7,824 nucleotides of DNA, taken from contig JADGIF010000481.1 of the NCBI GenBank assembly GCA_018985225.1, positions 1-7,824 on the forward strand, written 5' to 3'. This document shows positions 6,582 through 7,824 of the stretch, in pieces; the stretch's first letter is position 1, and each line of letters starts with the position of its first letter. The DNA comes from Amoeboradix gromovi X-113 (taxonomy: Eukaryota; Fungi; Sanchytriomycota). Under the pieces are notes generated by a model. It was not told the origin of the DNA and searched no databases. It worked only from the letters and a program-made list of their open reading frames with translations. The translations under genes and the position numbers were made by a program.

Positions 6582-7779
6582 ACTCAGTATCCATATCATC
6601 CTCCGAATCAACATCTCTATAGGTTCCAACGACATCGATTCTTTGTTTGCCTACATTGCAATTCACATATCGCATTACCCCCTGGTCTCTATAAACTATA
6701 GAGAGGGTATTCTCAACAGGCTCAACAGACAATAACTCACAATCCATAGTACAGTATTCAGTCGTAGCTGGGGAACTTGTTAGATATAACTCTACATCAA
6801 ATCCGGAAACCTCTAACTGATCATCACGCAAAAGTGTATACTGACCCCGTTCAAATCTTCTGACAACCTGATTAAATGATACTAGACACTCCATTCCTGT
6901 CAATTTATTTAAAAATTGTTTAAATTCTAACAGAGATAGAAATGTCTTGAGATCTAGTAGAATTGGAGGCAACTGGGATGACTCGGATAAATTTCTTATG
7001 TTCAAAGGACCTTTATGACTCCACTTAATGTCATCCAAAGATTTTTTTATAAGATGAAACTTCTCAGTAGTTAAAAAATCGCTCAATACAACATGTCCAT
7101 TATTAGAAAAATGGGACAAAATGGATGCTTGCGTATTATTGCTAAGGTAGGTAGAATTTATCCAGTTATTATTAATACTTGACTGCTCCTCAGCCTTTTC
7201 TTTAACATAAAACCAACCACTGATTGAATAGCGCTGAACATTGCCATTGACCATAGCAACTTGATGATATGAAGTGGGAGAAACTTCAAAAAAAGTCATA
7301 GTGTTCCATTCTGGCACAATTCTTTTCTCTATAGTGCTTGGTAACCCGTTGACATCATGATTAAATAAATCCAACTCCCCACCATTCTCTTTCTTCCAGT
7401 TTTTATTGAAATATAAAATGAATGCAACTTTGCGAACAACTCCACCGTTTTCTTCGATTTTATCATCGTGACATAGCAAATAGTTATTCTTTTCATAGAT
7501 ATGTGAAGATATATCGACTGTATCCAATAATTCATGATTCAAATCTTTAAACAAGTTTCTGAAATCCGCACTATAAATATAATCTACAAGCTTGTCTAAA
7601 GATTTTGTTTTGCGCATGGATTTAACAGTTGCTTGCTTAAAATGGTACAAGTCATTTTTGTTATCATTGTATTCCATATTTTTCATCTCTTCAAACGCTT
7701 CATTCATCAGGCCCTCATCAATTGCGTTCTTTAATACTCCATGAGTAAATGGCTCATTGAAAAGCTCCATTTGGGACAT
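6580..7779 (-). CDS. TPA1: Tpa1/OGFOD1 (Ofd1) 2-oxoglutarate/Fe(II) prolyl hydroxylase of ribosomal protein uS12
   Basis: LLCHDD (HxD), RKVAFILYF, GGELDLF, PEWNTMTFFEVSPTSYHQV (distal His) and RYSISGWF (2OG-binding Arg). A second, degenerate DSBH domain starts at WINSTYL and includes RRFERGQYTLLRD and IVYRDQGVMRYV. Confidence 0.93.
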   Translation of the reverse strand: MSQMELFNEPFTHGVLKNAIDEGLMNEAFEEMKNMEYNDNKNDLYHFKQATVKSMRKTKSLDKLVDYIYSADFRNLFKDLNHELLDTVDISSHIYEKNNYLLCHDDKIEENGGVVRKVAFILYFNKNWKKENGGELDLFNHDVNGLPSTIEKRIVPEWNTMTFFEVSPTSYHQVAMVNGNVQRYSISGWFYVKEKAEEQSSINNNWINSTYLSNNTQASILSHFSNNGHVVLSDFLTTEKFHLIKKSLDDIKWSHKGPLNIRNLSESSQLPPILLDLKTFLSLLEFKQFLNKLTGMECLVSFNQVVRRFERGQYTLLRDDQLEVSGFDVELYLTSSPATTEYCTMDCELLSVEPVENTLSIVYRDQGVMRYVNCNVGKQRIDVVGTYRDVDSEDDMDTE

Positions 7780-7809
7780 GCTCTGTAAAAAGTAGACTGG
7801 GGGTAAAAA
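7772..7809 (-). repeat. Copy 2 of the 38-bp start-codon-overlapping element (TTTTTACCCCCAGTCTACTTTTTACAGAGCATGTCCCA on the minus strand)
   Basis: Reverse complement aligns ungapped to 4363-4400 with 5 mismatches and overlaps the TPA1 ATG. Confidence 0.85.
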
Positions 7810-7824
7810 ACGGGTGACGAGATT

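Noticed and set aside
6517-7535. ORFs 6517-6735 (+) and 7329-7535 (-)
   Set aside because: They overlap TPA1 or TFB2 in antisense or an alternative frame, with no independent support.
1-7824. CRISPR arrays, tRNA/rRNA genes, transposase or reverse transcriptase genes
   Set aside because: No regularly spaced repeats, cloverleaf or rRNA motifs, or DDE/RT motifs were seen by eye. A covariance-model scan was not possible.

Overview
AT-rich, very gene-dense eukaryotic DNA. It most likely comes from an early-diverging fungus or a relative; this is inferred from Tfb2, Tpa1/OGFOD1, RING-CH and C2H2 genes, spacers of 57-143 bp and very few introns. Six intact genes are present: an MscL-family channel with a C-terminal zinc ribbon (364-957 +), a two-TM RING-CH E3 ligase (1101-1616 +), a zinc-finger protein that needs a 20-nt GT-AG micro-intron (2319-1748 -), a monoglyceride-lipase-like alpha/beta hydrolase (4393-5244 +), TFIIH subunit Tfb2 (6522-5317 -) and Tpa1/OGFOD1 (7779-6580 -). 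Four features are not in the ORF track. (i) A 38-bp element (33/38 identical, ungapped) overlaps the start codons of both the hydrolase and Tpa1 in the same register, forming an inverted repeat around a three-gene block; each copy holds a 15-nt GT...TTACAG segment. (ii) The 20-nt intron. (iii) A decayed PD-(D/E)XK nuclease-like pseudogene at about 3159-4130. (iv) AATAAA signals fused to, or just after, TAA stop codons. All analysis was done by eye, with no database searches.
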